Shown here piece after piece: positions 48,020 through 60,176 of a stretch of 64,000 bases of DNA. The DNA comes from an uncultured Nitrososphaeraceae archaeon. Lineage in GTDB: Archaea; Thermoproteota; Nitrososphaeria; Nitrososphaerales; Nitrososphaeraceae. The notes below the pieces were generated by a model, which was not told the DNA's origin, searched no databases, and saw only the letters and a list, made by a program, of their open reading frames with translations. Where the stretch lies: positions 1-64,000 of the forward strand of contig CAWGVG010000013.1 in assembly GCA_963825865.1 (NCBI GenBank). Direction: 5' to 3'. Positions within the stretch are counted from its first letter, which is position 1. Every line of letters starts with the position of its first letter. The translations under genes and the position numbers were made by a program.

Positions 48020-48570
48020 CTAGACTTTATTATTATTTAGTATTCCAGATTTGTATAGCATTTGTGCTGTTTCGTTTAGCTGATTTTGGTTCGTTATACC
48101 TCCAAGTGTAGATATCAAAGTTTGCAATTGAGATTGCATATTGTTGAACTGTTCCTTCATTATCTTTAGCTCGTCTTCCTTTTTGCTCTGTGACTGTAGT
48201 GCTTCTTGGTATCCTTCAAAACTCATTATCATTTTACACTTTGAACAGAATTTAGAGTCCTGGGTGTTACCTTCATTGCAGTTAGAGCATATCTTTGGAT
48301 TCAAGATATCAATTGGAATATTGTTTTTAGTTACTATGCCATATGCTTCTAATAGAGATTCACTTGATTCATTGCCAAAATAATGAATGTATTTTTGTGC
48401 CATATTGCTGTTCATCGTCCATCCTGCATGTTGGTTTAATATGCTAGATTTTAGCTTTGTAGACTTTTCAGTTAATACTGAATGGCGTCTTATGTAAGGA
48501 TTGAATGGTTTCAATAACAAGGCTTTGATTTTCTCTTTATCCTCGTTTGATATTGTTGGATCTTCTAATG
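48020..48570 (-). pseudogene. Tyrosine integrase C-terminal half with zinc ribbon
   Basis: PYIRRHS...HAGW...KYIHY catalytic region; CSNC...CSKC ribbon; N-terminal half missing. Confidence 0.85.
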
Positions 48571-48910
48571 CAAGTTACTGCATTCTTTTCTGACCATTTG
48601 ATCGGCCCTACACTTCATCTTTATGGGCAACAACAATACATCTAACACATGTGTATGGTAGTCGATAGCCTATCCCTGTCTTTACAAATCGGGCTCTAGT
48701 AATACATGTTGATGATAATAGAAAATAGAATAGATCAAATAAGGCAAGACGTGTTAATTGATAACAATGACATCAGATGTATGATAATGCGTCTACGTCT
48801 AGATATTTTTTGATGAGTAGATTTTGGATAACACTGACTACTCCAGTAGTATTTTTATAATTTGTGAACCAAATGTTCTATAAGGTAGGACTTCCGTATC
48901 ATCCTATCGT

Positions 48911-49189
48911 ATGAAACAAACAGACAATACATCATGTATTCATCTTCAGCAAGTAAATCAAAATATAAATGCAAAAACACCAAACGGTTGTGAAGAATGT
49001 CTAAAGCTGGGTTCTACGTGGGTACACCTACGTCTTTGCCTTACATGCGGTCATGTTGGCTGCTGTGATTCTTCTATCAACAAACACGGGACCAAACATT
49101 TCCATTCAACTAATCATCCCATCGTAAAATCTTTTGAACCGGGAGAGGATTGGGAATGGTGTTATGTGGATAAGACGTACGTTGCATAA
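48911..49189 (+). CDS. UBP-type zinc finger protein
   Basis: GCEECL..WVHLRLCLTCGHVGCCDSS..KHGTKHF..WEWCYVD. Confidence 0.92.
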   Translation: MKQTDNTSCIHLQQVNQNINAKTPNGCEECLKLGSTWVHLRLCLTCGHVGCCDSSINKHGTKHFHSTNHPIVKSFEPGEDWEWCYVDKTYVA

Positions 49190-49699
49190 AACAACTACCC
49201 CATAACAACTCGTATATGCCAATATATAAACTCGTATTTACGAAGCCATTTTAAGAAATAATATGGCCTGAAAGTTTTTCAAAAACTACTATGAGGTGCC
49301 ACCATGCATATCCAAGTTAAGAAAATTGTCTACTATCTTCAGTATCTCAATGATGGTTTGTGGTTCGAAATTAAAGAATTAGAAATTGATCAATGTTTGA
49401 CTCCTAATGTAACGATGGACGGCAACAGGAGATCAAGCCGCCAAAATTCTAACAGATGTATCAGGGCATAAGGCTAAGTGAAGTTCCAAGGGATTGAATG
49501 AGTCAGATGAATGAAGATATGGCACTAATGTATGAATGGTATGGAATGATAGTGTAGGAACCAATATCGACCTGAGATCTTTTTAGTATGTAGTATAGTA
49601 TAAAATGATAGGCATACAAGAATGCCTCACTCTTCTATAAGATAGATTCGTGCCATGTCTGCTCGTTCAAACTGAGGCTGTAGGCGAGTTGATATCGAT

Positions 49700-50225
49700 A
49701 TATTACTGACATTCCAATTCGCAGCGATCTCATTTGGCACGTGTCGGCGCTGCTTCATGGGTGCTTTGGAGGAAACCCAGCAAGACCTCATCACGTGTCT
49801 TCGCGGTACGTACCACATCGTAGGGCTGCAGGAACTCTCATCTCCGCATGGTAGAATGCCTCCGGTGGTTGGATGGGGTAGTCCTTGAAACCTTGAGGCT
49901 CGGGATAGGTATAGGAGTAGAAAGCAGGTTCATCGACGGGACCGCTGCCAGGCCAGAAACTGCAACTACTCACTTCGTGGGAATAGGCCTCGACTGCCAC
50001 AAAACTGGCCAAGTTTGGTGCGCCTGGGTGCGAAGGCGCCGTACGTTCGGAAAAGCAGGCTACTCGATAGGCGTGGTCCAAATGGTTACAGGCATCTCAA
50101 GCGTTCCCAAGGCATTCATCGATTCTTGATAAAACTCATCTACTGAACGCGCCCGGAGAGGGATTTGTCTTGGTAGAACTATCAGTAGTTTTGACGACCA
50201 GAAGATGAGCAATGAAATCGAAGTC
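49700..50225 (-). pseudogene. DUF5996 family fragment (GC-rich)
   Basis: EAYSHEVSSCSFWPGSGPVDEPAFYSYTYPEPQGF. Confidence 0.75.
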
Positions 50226-50289
50226 TATCTGGAAGAGTCACTCATTGCAGGGCATGACGAAAAATGTTCTATATTAGTTTGGAAAAACT

Positions 50290-50550
50290 GATATGGAATC
50301 GCAAAATTAATTGCTTTGTTAAACAGTTTGTTTCCAAATGTGTTGAGTATTGAAATAGATCTTTTTTGTCTTTTCCCTTGCACTCTAGAACCCACAATTA
50401 TATCTGCTTTATTATTTAGTAATGGTTTAAGTAGTAATTCTAAATCCGAAAAAGAATATGTACCGTCAGCATCGATAAATACCACAATATCAGCTCCAGA
50501 GTTACCTACGGCCTCCCGTATAGCACTGCCCTTTCCCCTTTCTCTTTCAC
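50290..50550 (-). pseudogene. GT2 glycosyltransferase fragment
   Basis: GKGSA..., VFIDADGTY, ADIIVGSR. Confidence 0.8.
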
Positions 50551-51004
50551 CATTTTTTTGTTACTCTCTCCAACTTTTTGTCTTTCTTTTCGGTAATCGA
50601 GATTTTGATGTGTATGCTTTTAGGCCAATTGATATCAAATGAGTACTTTTGCACATTTGGAAAATAAAATTAAACTATAGTGCTGCTTTTTCCTACTGTC
50701 ATACAAATCTCGATTTTAAAAAGATTTACATTAAATTTGTTATAAATACTACTAATAGGCGGTAGACATATTTGGTTCGCCACTTTATTTGTTATTTTTC
50801 TTTAAACTGGTACGGATACGTTCATCATTGGTCGTTACATACCAATTTTGCCTTGTTGCTAGACAAATCACATATTATGTAATTACTAAAGCATATTACA
50901 GATAATATTAGAGATCGATCTATAAAACATATGTCATCGTATTCTTTTTGCCGTACGAATTTTGCCGAAAAAGGAGAACAAAGTACTATAAATTTTGAAT
51001 TTTA

Positions 51005-51415
51005 CTAAAATGATTTTACTAACCTGTACGTCGCCTTTACAGCTCCTAACGTTACCTTGAAGGGCAAGGATTTGTTAGACCATTCAATTACTACTCTTTC
51101 TCCATGGTCTTTCAAAATTGATGCTATTTGATTCCAGAAAACGTTACTAGCGCCTCTAGTGGCTTCTTCTAAGGCTGTAACTCCCTCTATCGTAGTAAAA
51201 AAGTATTCTCTAGATGAAAAATGCATTCTTCGTTTCCTAGTCCTTTCGACAAAACCCTGTAGCATTAGGTTGGTAATCAAGGGAGAAACAACTGAAAAAT
51301 CAAGCGCAACTTCTTTCGCAATTTTCTTTTCTGTCTTTGAATTGGTTTTTATGCATTTAAGGATTTGAATTTCCCATCGATTTAGAGATATTATTTCCTT
51401 ACTAGTGTCGTTCAA
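51005..51415 (-). CDS. Winged-HTH (MarR-like) protein
   Basis: WEIQILK...EKKIAKEV...LITNLMLQGFVER. Confidence 0.6.
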   Translation of the reverse strand: MNDTSKEIISLNRWEIQILKCIKTNSKTEKKIAKEVALDFSVVSPLITNLMLQGFVERTRKRRMHFSSREYFFTTIEGVTALEEATRGASNVFWNQIASILKDHGERVVIEWSNKSLPFKVTLGAVKATYRLVKSF

Positions 51416-52055
51416 TGCTATATGCCTATATTATTAACATACAAATTATTTAATTTATCTACTCGAGATAATCATTGCTCTTAGACGATGTAATCAAAAA
51501 TATGTTTCTGTATCGTTAGCGTTGGGTAAAGCTATTTTGTAGACTGTATCAATTCGTCGGATAAACGATCAAAGTTTGCTTATTACGTCATATAACCTAA
51601 TTGTCTACTCTTGAGAAGTAAAACGCTTTGTAATTCAAAGGAATTCAATCGGTGGTATAAAATTAGATACTATTACGATCACTTACAAGATTTGATACAA
51701 TAGTACATCAAACCAAACAAATCAGATAGGTTTATACAACATATACAAAAATTTCCTGTGTGCCCGATAGGGAATCAATAGATAAAGTACAGTTCAGCAC
51801 ATCCACTTGACCCATCGACCGAATTTCTCGTTAATAATAATCAGGCACTTATCACAATCTTTAATGCTATGGTTGATTTGGGTTCATCTTGGATGAAGAT
51901 AACTCTCCATGAATGGTATACGAATTATTATATAGATTTATACGGGAAAAGGGTTGAAATTCCATGACAGATATATGTAAACATCTATGCCTAGAATGAT
52001 TGATAAAAGCTGTAGCGTTGCTGTACTGAGTTATAAGGAGGTGACTATACCTTGT

Positions 52056-52400
52056 TTATTGCATTGGATTAATAGAATGTCCAACGATCCTATCACCTTT
52101 CATCATGAGACAGCATGCACATTTTTGATTTAAACAGATTCCTGCTTGTTCATGTTTACAGATGGAACATTTGCATAGTTGTTGTTGTTGTTGTATGTTA
52201 ATCGAATTATCAATTTTCTTCTTCTTCTGCGGCTGCTTTGATTTTTCATCAACATATAACCATAATAAAATTAAAGGTATTCCTATTACAAAGAATATGC
52301 TTATAGTTGGTACTGGAATCCGTAAAACAAATAAGAATATTCCAAAACATAACGTAGCTATACCAAGAGCTGAGAGCCAACGGTTTGCAAGACTATCCAT
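52056..52400 (-). CDS. Membrane protein with C-terminal Cys/His cluster
   Basis: Two TM helices; CKCSICKH...CLNQKCACC. Confidence 0.65.
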   Translation of the reverse strand: MDSLANRWLSALGIATLCFGIFLFVLRIPVPTISIFFVIGIPLILLWLYVDEKSKQPQKKKKIDNSINIQQQQQLCKCSICKHEQAGICLNQKCACCLMMKGDRIVGHSINPMQ

Positions 52401-52416
52401 TTATACAAGTCAACAC

Positions 52417-52725
52417 CTATCTGATATATGGCACTTCTTCTTTCTCTTCCTGTTGTTGTTCTCGTTCTTCATTTTCTGTAGAGACTTCTCTTACTATACT
52501 ACCATCATCTAGTGAAACCTTTTTTCGTTTTCTTCGTAACTTTCTTACTTCCTCAAGTATTTCTCTTAATTGTTCCTCGGATATCTTTGCTATTCTAGAG
52601 TCACATTCTATACCTTTTGATTCAAGAACCTCCTCTGTTAGATTAATGATCTCATCTTTCTGCTGTTCTTCATCCCTAGTTAGCATATTAGTACTTTTAA
52701 AGCGGAAGAAGGCAAATTCACTCAT
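52417..52725 (-). CDS. Charged hypothetical protein
   Basis: Intact ORF directly upstream of 52056-52400. Confidence 0.6.
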   Translation of the reverse strand: MSEFAFFRFKSTNMLTRDEEQQKDEIINLTEEVLESKGIECDSRIAKISEEQLREILEEVRKLRRKRKKVSLDDGSIVREVSTENEEREQQQEEKEEVPYIR

Positions 52726-53351
52726 GATGATTACTATTACAATAAACTTGTTATTATGATCTGCGTTGCTAGTCTAAAATTCCCTATCTCCTCTGTATTC
52801 TGCTTCTACCGGTGGATAGATAGGATTGAAATAATTGAATATGCAAGGATGTCTAAAAAGATACATTTGTTAGAAACCGATGAAGATAGGAGTGAAATCG
52901 TGATGACAGAAATATGTTAACGATTGCACATCTACAGCTACTCACTGCAATTTCAAAAATTGCTTTACGTTTCTATATGATTCACCAGTAAAGTAAAGTT
53001 GCATCGCAGAGGTCTGTTATTACTCCTGCTGCAATGGGTAATGAAACAATTGAGGCAATTCCTATCCAACCCCGGAAATCAACCATAATCCATGATAATA
53101 CAAGTAGTTGATGCTAAGAATATCACTAATACTTTGGACAGAATACCCATTCAAATTACTATCATTTAAGAAATAAAGTGTTTGTTCCACGACAGTTAAC
53201 ATTTTTTCAATTTGCTATCGGCTGATCATAAGTTGATAGAACTAAAAATATCAATATTATTATATGAATCACAGACGAGAAAATTAAATCGGGGATGGTG
53301 GTTTGACTTATTTATGCCTATTAATTCATTATATGACATGTTGGTACAGCA

Positions 53352-53651
53352 ATGTCATTGAGTGATAAAAAGAATAATAATACAGTTTTCAAACCGTTCT
53401 TAACTGCGGGTATAATAATCATCGTATTCGGTGGAATATGTATTTGGATTGCGGAGATTATCGGTCTACAAGAAGAGGGAGAAGGTTTTAGAATAATAGG
53501 TTGGCGTTTTATAATTGGTGGGATAGTAGCAATTTCCATTGGATATTTATTGAAACATTTTAACTATATTTACAAATATTCTTTGTATTTATGGAGAAAA
53601 TTTGGTTATAAACGAAAGCGTAGTAAATATGACGATTTATATAAACCGTGA
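53352..53651 (+). CDS. Small 2-TM membrane protein
   Basis: Two hydrophobic segments. Confidence 0.45.
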   Translation: MSLSDKKNNNTVFKPFLTAGIIIIVFGGICIWIAEIIGLQEEGEGFRIIGWRFIIGGIVAISIGYLLKHFNYIYKYSLYLWRKFGYKRKRSKYDDLYKP

Positions 53652-54269
53652 CTAGCGGATTTTTAAGAACCAGGAATATGAGCGGTTGGTAACAACCAAC
53701 CAATTATTTGTAAACGATTAATAAGCAAGACTTGCGCCAGTCGCTAGCGATATTTCCAATGAATACCTTGGGTCTACACCTAATTCTCTTTGTGTCAATC
53801 AATAATTCAGCTAAAGACCTTCGTCTTTCTTCATTTTCTAATTTTCTATTATTTTCTCGAATCTTAGAGAATTTAATTATTGTTGATGATTTGTCACTAT
53901 AATTTTACATAAGTTGATAAATAGCTGGGAGTACTATTAAAAATATAGAAAATGATATGAAGATGAGGACAATTATTAACTAATATATACAACTCCCTAA
54001 AAACAACAACAATAATAACAGAAATGCGTATGGAACAGAGAAGAGGAAACAGAGGCATAGTAGAGTACAACCGCGCAAGCTAAAAATAATAAAATAATAA
54101 TAATAATTATTATTCTCCTATTTTAAACAATGACAATTTTTATCATTCCCCTAACAATAATCATGAGCATTATCGTTCTGAATCTTCTGAATTTTCTCTT
54201 AATCATCATCCTCCCACTCATCTACAAGATCAAAAATCAAATACTGTCAGCATAGAGACAAGAAATGAG

Positions 54270-54674
54270 TCATTTTACAAGAGAATTCTCATTGTAGATG
54301 ATGATCCTGATGTTACCTTTACCTTCAAATCAGGTTTAGAAGGGTATTACCATGATAACGATAATAACACCTACAACAAGACAAGATTTGAGGTATACGC
54401 ATACAATAACCCTTTAGTAGCATTATCAGAATTCAAGCCAAACTTTTACGATCTATTACTAACCGACATTAACATGCCTGATATGAATGGCTTTCACTTA
54501 TGCCAAAAGATATTAGAGTTAGATGATAACGTTAGGGTTTGCTTTATATCTGCAGGAGAAGTAAATATTGAAGCGTTAAGAGAAATACATCCAAAAATAA
54601 ATTTAGGATGTTTTATCAAAAAACCAGTTTCAATAGAATATTTGGTCAAAAGATTGTCCGCGGAGTTAGAGTAG
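54270..54674 (+). CDS. Response regulator receiver (true start upstream, uncertain)
   Basis: KRILIVDDDPD in frame upstream of the called ORF; TDINMPDMNG; FIKKP. Confidence 0.85.
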   Translation, partial: SFYKRILIVDDDPDVTFTFKSGLEGYYHDNDNNTYNKTRFEVYAYNNPLVALSEFKPNFYDLLLTDINMPDMNGFHLCQKILELDDNVRVCFISAGEVNIEALREIHPKINLGCFIKKPVSIEYLVKRLSAELE

Positions 54675-55066
54675 TAGTATTTGATCCTATGAATTAAAAC
54701 AGTAGATGCGTTGTCTCGTTGAGTATAATAAAAAAGAAAAATGAAACCTTTCCGTCTCAAGTTGAATTTGTAACAATTAACAAATGACAGCCTATTAAAA
54801 TGACTATTATTTTCTGTAAGTATCAGTGTTTTTGCAGCCACCATCTATTCATAGCTACATTAGGAGAAGAACAAGATTATATATCATTATCATCTTGTTG
54901 TGCTCATAATGAAGTAGATATATTAGATAGCACTCTTAAAAAATCATAAAGTATTTTTACTAAAGTAGTTTAGCATCTTTTGACACATTATGATATCTTG
55001 AAAGTCTAGTGTAATTGGTCTAGATAGAGGCTAGACATAGAGAGTGAGGGAGAGAGATAAAAAACA

Positions 55067-55441
55067 ATGAAAAATAGAATATTGATAGTAGATGATGAAG
55101 ACGATATTAATTTACTATTCAAGATGGTTTTAGAAGATAATGGATATAAAGTTGATACATTTAACAATCCGCTTGTAGCATTACAGAATTTTACAGCTGG
55201 TTCTTACGATTTACTACTTTTGGATATGTTAATGCCAAAGATGAATGGCTTTGAGTTATATCAAAAAATGATAATGTTAGATGATAAAGTTAAGATATGT
55301 TTTTTGACAGCAAGTGGAGTAGATCAGGAGGAGTTTAGAAAGAAAGCAGCATTTACTGATGCCACTGAAATCTGTTTTATTATCAAGCCAATTGAAAATA
55401 AAGAGTTGATAAAAAGAGTAAGGGCGCTATCATTGTATTAG
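55067..55441 (+). CDS. Stand-alone response regulator receiver
   Basis: RILIVDDEDD, LLDMLMPKMNG, FLTA, IKP. Confidence 0.92.
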   Translation: MKNRILIVDDEDDINLLFKMVLEDNGYKVDTFNNPLVALQNFTAGSYDLLLLDMLMPKMNGFELYQKMIMLDDKVKICFLTASGVDQEEFRKKAAFTDATEICFIIKPIENKELIKRVRALSLY

Positions 55442-56212
55442 TAATTTTTTATCTTAAAAGAACCAATATTGATCTGATAAAGATGACAAATAAAAAAAAG
55501 TATTTTATGAATAAGGGGAATTGATACATCAAAGGAATATTGATATTGATAGTAACGAAAGAACAACAAAGCGGTTAAGAAAAATAAGCAAGTTCAGAAA
55601 TACCTAAGAGCTGTTGCTCCTATTTCGATATTCTTAGTGTTATCAATCATTGTTAGCAATGTTTTGAATATGCTAACTATAATAGCTTAAACGGCTTGTT
55701 GTCTATCTGGAATCTTGCACTTGCTGTGATGGCATATTTACCCCATTTAGCTTTTTTTGAGTCTACATGTGCCACTATAGATGACTTTTCTACCTGTAAT
55801 TCAGATGTAATATATACAAAATGAGGATTAGGTCCTAGCTGAATTGGCCACCTGTTGAAGTGCTCTTGGAATTATACATGATAAGAAAAATGTAATTCAA
55901 TAGAGAAACGATTCTTACGTCTTAGAGCACTACTCAAAGAGTAAGAAAAAGATGAAATCATAACCATAGATGATAAAAAAGCACTCCTTGTTTTTTTATG
56001 CCACTTGACATATGTCCATCTCCTCTTGTGTTACTCTTGTTAATGTCCTTCAATAATATGATGATCCTATCTAGTTCCGTTTCCGAACAATGATATCATG
56101 TAATGCCTTATTTTCTTGCCTTAACTTCTCAAGATAGAAAAAAAGTGATTAAGAGATTTATCCATAGTCCTCTCTAATAGAATGTGACCGTATTTATGAA
56201 ATCTCGGTTAAA

Positions 56213-56232
56213 TTATATATATATATATATAT
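56213..56232. repeat. (AT)n microsatellite
   Basis: About nine TA units. Confidence 0.8.
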
Positions 56233-56323
56233 GCAGTATCGTTCGATTCGCTATCCGTATACCAGAATTAAATTATTAATTACGTTTTTCCAGCGATACA
56301 TTTTGTTCAAAAATATAAAGGGC

Positions 56324-56740
56324 TTACATTTTCATTTTTTCAGTAGAGAGCCTTGTTTTTTCTTTCTCATCAAGAGGATATGTATCTGTTATCATTTGGT
56401 TTATTTTATGTAAATGCGTCGCAAAATTCATCAAGACCTCAATCTTTGTCTTCGGATTATTCGCAAAATTAAACACGTTATCTATGAATTCAGCGACTGG
56501 AATTGTTTCTTCCCCGAGTACTTCAATTCCTTTGCTTGTAAGTAAATACGACTTTGCAGACGGACCTGCTTGGATACCATTCAGGAAATAAATTTGTGGT
56601 TCTATCATAAATGAACTAGCTTTGATATAGTATTCCTTAACTATCTCAACTTCGTATGCGATTTCCCGTTCGATTGCGCTAATTTTATTAGTTAATCTAT
56701 TTATCCGTTGTAGGTAATCACCGTTTTCCACAAAATCCAA
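56324..56740 (-). CDS. Hypothetical protein downstream of PadR
   Basis: Intact 138-aa ORF, co-oriented. Confidence 0.65.
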   Translation of the reverse strand: MDFVENGDYLQRINRLTNKISAIEREIAYEVEIVKEYYIKASSFMIEPQIYFLNGIQAGPSAKSYLLTSKGIEVLGEETIPVAEFIDNVFNFANNPKTKIEVLMNFATHLHKINQMITDTYPLDEKEKTRLSTEKMKM

Positions 56741-56783
56741 AGGGAATACTCCTTTATAATATTTTTATTATTATTTGTTATTG

Positions 56784-57287
56784 TCATTCGATTTTTATTT
56801 TCTCTGTGCTTTTCTTCTGCTCATCTAATTTTCTCGATTCATCCAGCAAGAATTGTCTGTACTTGTTTCGCTCGTCTTCTGTCATTCTGTCAAGATTCGA
56901 GCTAAGTGTAGAGCCTATCGTCGATACTCTATCAATAAGATCCTTTGCCATGAATCTACCTATATTGCCTACCCTAAGCATTACGTCAAATTGTTTTTGC
57001 AGGATATTATGAACAGAATCTATGTCTGCAGCAATATCGAGCCCTTTTCTCGTAATATGGTACCTGCCATTATCTGTTTCTGTTATTAATCCTTCTTCAA
57101 GCAACCTGCCTAGCAAGGGATAAATGAGCCCTGGTGATGGCCTCCATTTACCATCGCTCTGGAGAATGGCCTTATCAATAATCTCTTTGCCTGTCATGGG
57201 CTGTTCCTTGAGCAATCCCAAGATATAATGCCGAGAAAAGCCCCTTGGTATCGCACTTCCTACTCTTGATAACCAGTCTGACAACAT
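56784..57287 (-). CDS. PadR family transcriptional regulator
   Basis: RGFSRHYILGLL..PMTGKEII..WRPSPGLIYPLLGRL..YHITRKG. Confidence 0.9.
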   Translation of the reverse strand: MLSDWLSRVGSAIPRGFSRHYILGLLKEQPMTGKEIIDKAILQSDGKWRPSPGLIYPLLGRLLEEGLITETDNGRYHITRKGLDIAADIDSVHNILQKQFDVMLRVGNIGRFMAKDLIDRVSTIGSTLSSNLDRMTEDERNKYRQFLLDESRKLDEQKKSTEKIKIE

Positions 57288-57324
57288 ATCACTAGTAATA
57301 TCACTAGAGATATATAAGTTTTTT
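57286..57324 (-). promoter_or_regulatory. BRE/TATA plus tandem imperfect palindromes at the PadR start
   Basis: Minus strand AAAAAACTTATATA; ATATCACTAG at 57286 and 57298. Confidence 0.55.
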
Positions 57325-57904
57325 CTCTAATAAGTTCTGCTGCACAATCGGCTGGTTTCGATACCCGCTGCAATTCTAATTTCACAACGATGATAATGAT
57401 CTATATTGTAGTTGTCGACTATATCTGGATTTACCTTCTCGATATTTGCTACCATTGTTTTAAATAAATCTAGCAGTGCGGCAGCAGCTGCCATCTAATA
57501 CTGTAATGGATGACATAAGCAACTGATAGAGAAACTAACAAATTGGTCACATGTTGGTAATAGTAAACATGTTTACATTTTGTAAACATTTGTATTACTT
57601 TTGGAGTAAAAGTAATACGGGGCGATTTGTTTTTAATTTTTCCAACAAAAAGGCTGGAAAATGCCTTGGAAAAGCCATTGGAATTGGAAAAACTGTCCTG
57701 GAATAATGACTTAATGGTACAATGAGGTAAATACTAATTGGAAAACTTTTCCAAGGACTTTCCGAGATAATTTTCCATCATAATGACTTGATTCCAACCC
57801 TCTAAACCAGTTTTTCCGGGACAAAATAGAACATTTTTCGTCTTAGAACAACAACAAAAGATGGTCAATGAAATGCGGCCATCTGCTCAACCAGGGACAC
57901 CTCA

Positions 57905-58075
57905 ATGAGTCAAAACCCGGCTGATAGTGTAGTTAAAAAAGTAGCTTTACTCAAGGAACTAACTGATAACCCCGACTCAAAAGTAACTGATATTGCAAAG
58001 GAGGTAGGAATTAGCAAGTCCACAGCTTACACTATTTTACAAGAGTTTTCAAAAGCATTCGGTATGAGCCCAATA
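57905..58075 (+). pseudogene. Short HTH protein or fragment
   Basis: VTDIAKEVGISKSTAYTIL. Confidence 0.55.
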
Positions 58076-58109
58076 TCTTACCATTATATATATATATTGA
58101 TATATAATG

Positions 58110-58225
58110 GGGTTTAGGTTTGTTTATCTCAAAAAGCATTGTAGAAGCTCTTGTTGGAAGAATATGGGCGGAGAATAACAAAGGAGCTACTTTTTACTTT
58201 AGCCTTCCATTAAGCATAGACATAC
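58110..58225 (+). pseudogene. Histidine kinase HATPase C-terminal remnant
   Basis: [33 protein letters not shown]. Confidence 0.8.
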
Positions 58226-58609
58226 CTGATACAATAACTAAGACTGATTTTTTCGTTTTATAAGTTCGAATTCTACACCAGGGTATCTAAAATGGTCACC
58301 GATTTTGGACCTATGTCTACTTTGGCGGCGTTGGCGGTTTGATGGTCAGTAAAAAGCTCGACCATAGGCTCAAAGCCTTAAATCGAATTTAGTTCTATAA
58401 GTATGCATGAAGTACACAAAAAGCAGTTAAAGAATAGTCGGCAACCATGCCGAAGATATTGCATGGAAAATCACCAGGCAAAACAATCAATAATGAGGTG
58501 TAATCATAATTATCTATACGACTAACTAAGGATTAAGTTTTTTTTAGCCTAAGCCTATATAAAATATGGAATGCAGTTTACGAGGTTCATGAATTAATCA
58601 CGTGCAACA

Positions 58610-59806
58610 TCAATGTATAGATCCCCTTCTGGGTATAGCACCTTTTAATGTTGGTAATTCCCCTTTATCATGAGCTAATGTCTTTCTACCGAGTGGAATT
58701 ATAGGTTCATCTCTGAGTATTTTTATTATCTTTTCAGCTGAATACCCATCACCATATGGACAATTACCATAGGGTACATCTGTCTTTTGTATTTTTTGAA
58801 TTGAATCAATAATTTGATTGCGGCTTAATTTGCACAATAAAACATGACCTGAACTAACTGATTCTGGTCTTTCTGTCGAGTCGCGTAAAACTAATGCCCG
58901 TTTATTTATGTATGGGGACGTTATCTCTTCTTGCAGTCCTCCTGAATCTGTAATTACAAATTTGCAGAGTTTAAGAAGCCTTAAGAAATCAAAGTAGCCC
59001 ACTGGTTCTATTACCTTAATGTTCTTTGTTAACAAATATTCAAGCCCAAATTCATGTATTCGCTTCACAGTGCGCGGATGCATTGGGCATACATAATCTA
59101 TATTAGTAAAAGAGAGAGCGCTCATTATATGCTTTAAGACAGATTTGTCATCTACATTCTCTTCTCTATGTAAAGTTAAAAGAACAAAATTATTAACAAC
59201 AGATTTTATATTATTGTAGTTCAGTATGTTATCAGATTCTCCCGTGGGATATTGTTCTGATACTGATTTTATACATAATCTTACTGCGTCGATAACTGTA
59301 TTTCCCACGGTATGTATACGACCAGCCACTCGTTCATCGCTAATATTTTTGCAGATTCTGTCGTTGGTGTAAATAGTAAATCTGAAATATGATCAACCAA
59401 TCTACGATTATACTCTTCAGGCATCCTCCAGTCATTGCTTCTTAGACCGGCCTCCACATGTATGAGTGGAATTTTGCATTTCACCGCTGCCTATTGCAGC
59501 GGAAGCAACACTATTGGTATCTCCTTCTACCATGACAGCAGTTGGCATTATTTCTTCAAAGACAGTCCCAATTTTTGTTATAATTTCCGAAAACTGATGA
59601 ACTGTGCCTGAGGGAGCTGTTAGTCTGATATTATAATGGGGCTGAGGCAATTGAAAATCTTTAAGAAATTTTAAAAAAAGATCGTAATCGTGATGTTGGC
59701 CAGTATGAACAAGTTTGTAGTCAATACCCTCTAAATCAAACAACCTAACAATCGGAAACGTTTTTACTATCTCCGGCCTTGTACCGGTAACTATAACAAA
59801 TGTCAT
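58610..59806 (-). CDS. wecB: UDP-N-acetylglucosamine 2-epimerase (non-hydrolysing), two frameshifts
   Basis: [53 protein letters not shown]. Confidence 0.93.
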
Positions 59807-60176
59807 TATTCCGCATCAACGCTCGTATATAAAATACCATAAAGTATAAAAATATAAACTTTTTTTAATAAACATTATGAATCATCGACTTATATTTTTT
59901 TATAATACATGCATAAATATAAAATAACTTGCACATAAAATCTCCACCCTACCAAAGTCCCTGCTGATTTTCTATTCATAGTTTTGAGCAAAGGAATACT
60001 TTGACTATTCTCACTCTCTGTGAGCCGATCATGACGTATATGATGATTTACTATATCATCATTGCTATAACATTGAAAATATTAATCACTCATAATAACA
60101 ACAACATCTTAATGCGTGAACAAAAATAGATGATGCCAGAAAGACGGAAAAGAAGATATATGATTATTAATTTATA

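Noticed and set aside
2540-48570. Intact provirus
   Set aside because: Only broken integrase and terminase-like pieces; no capsid, portal, tail or replication genes recognised
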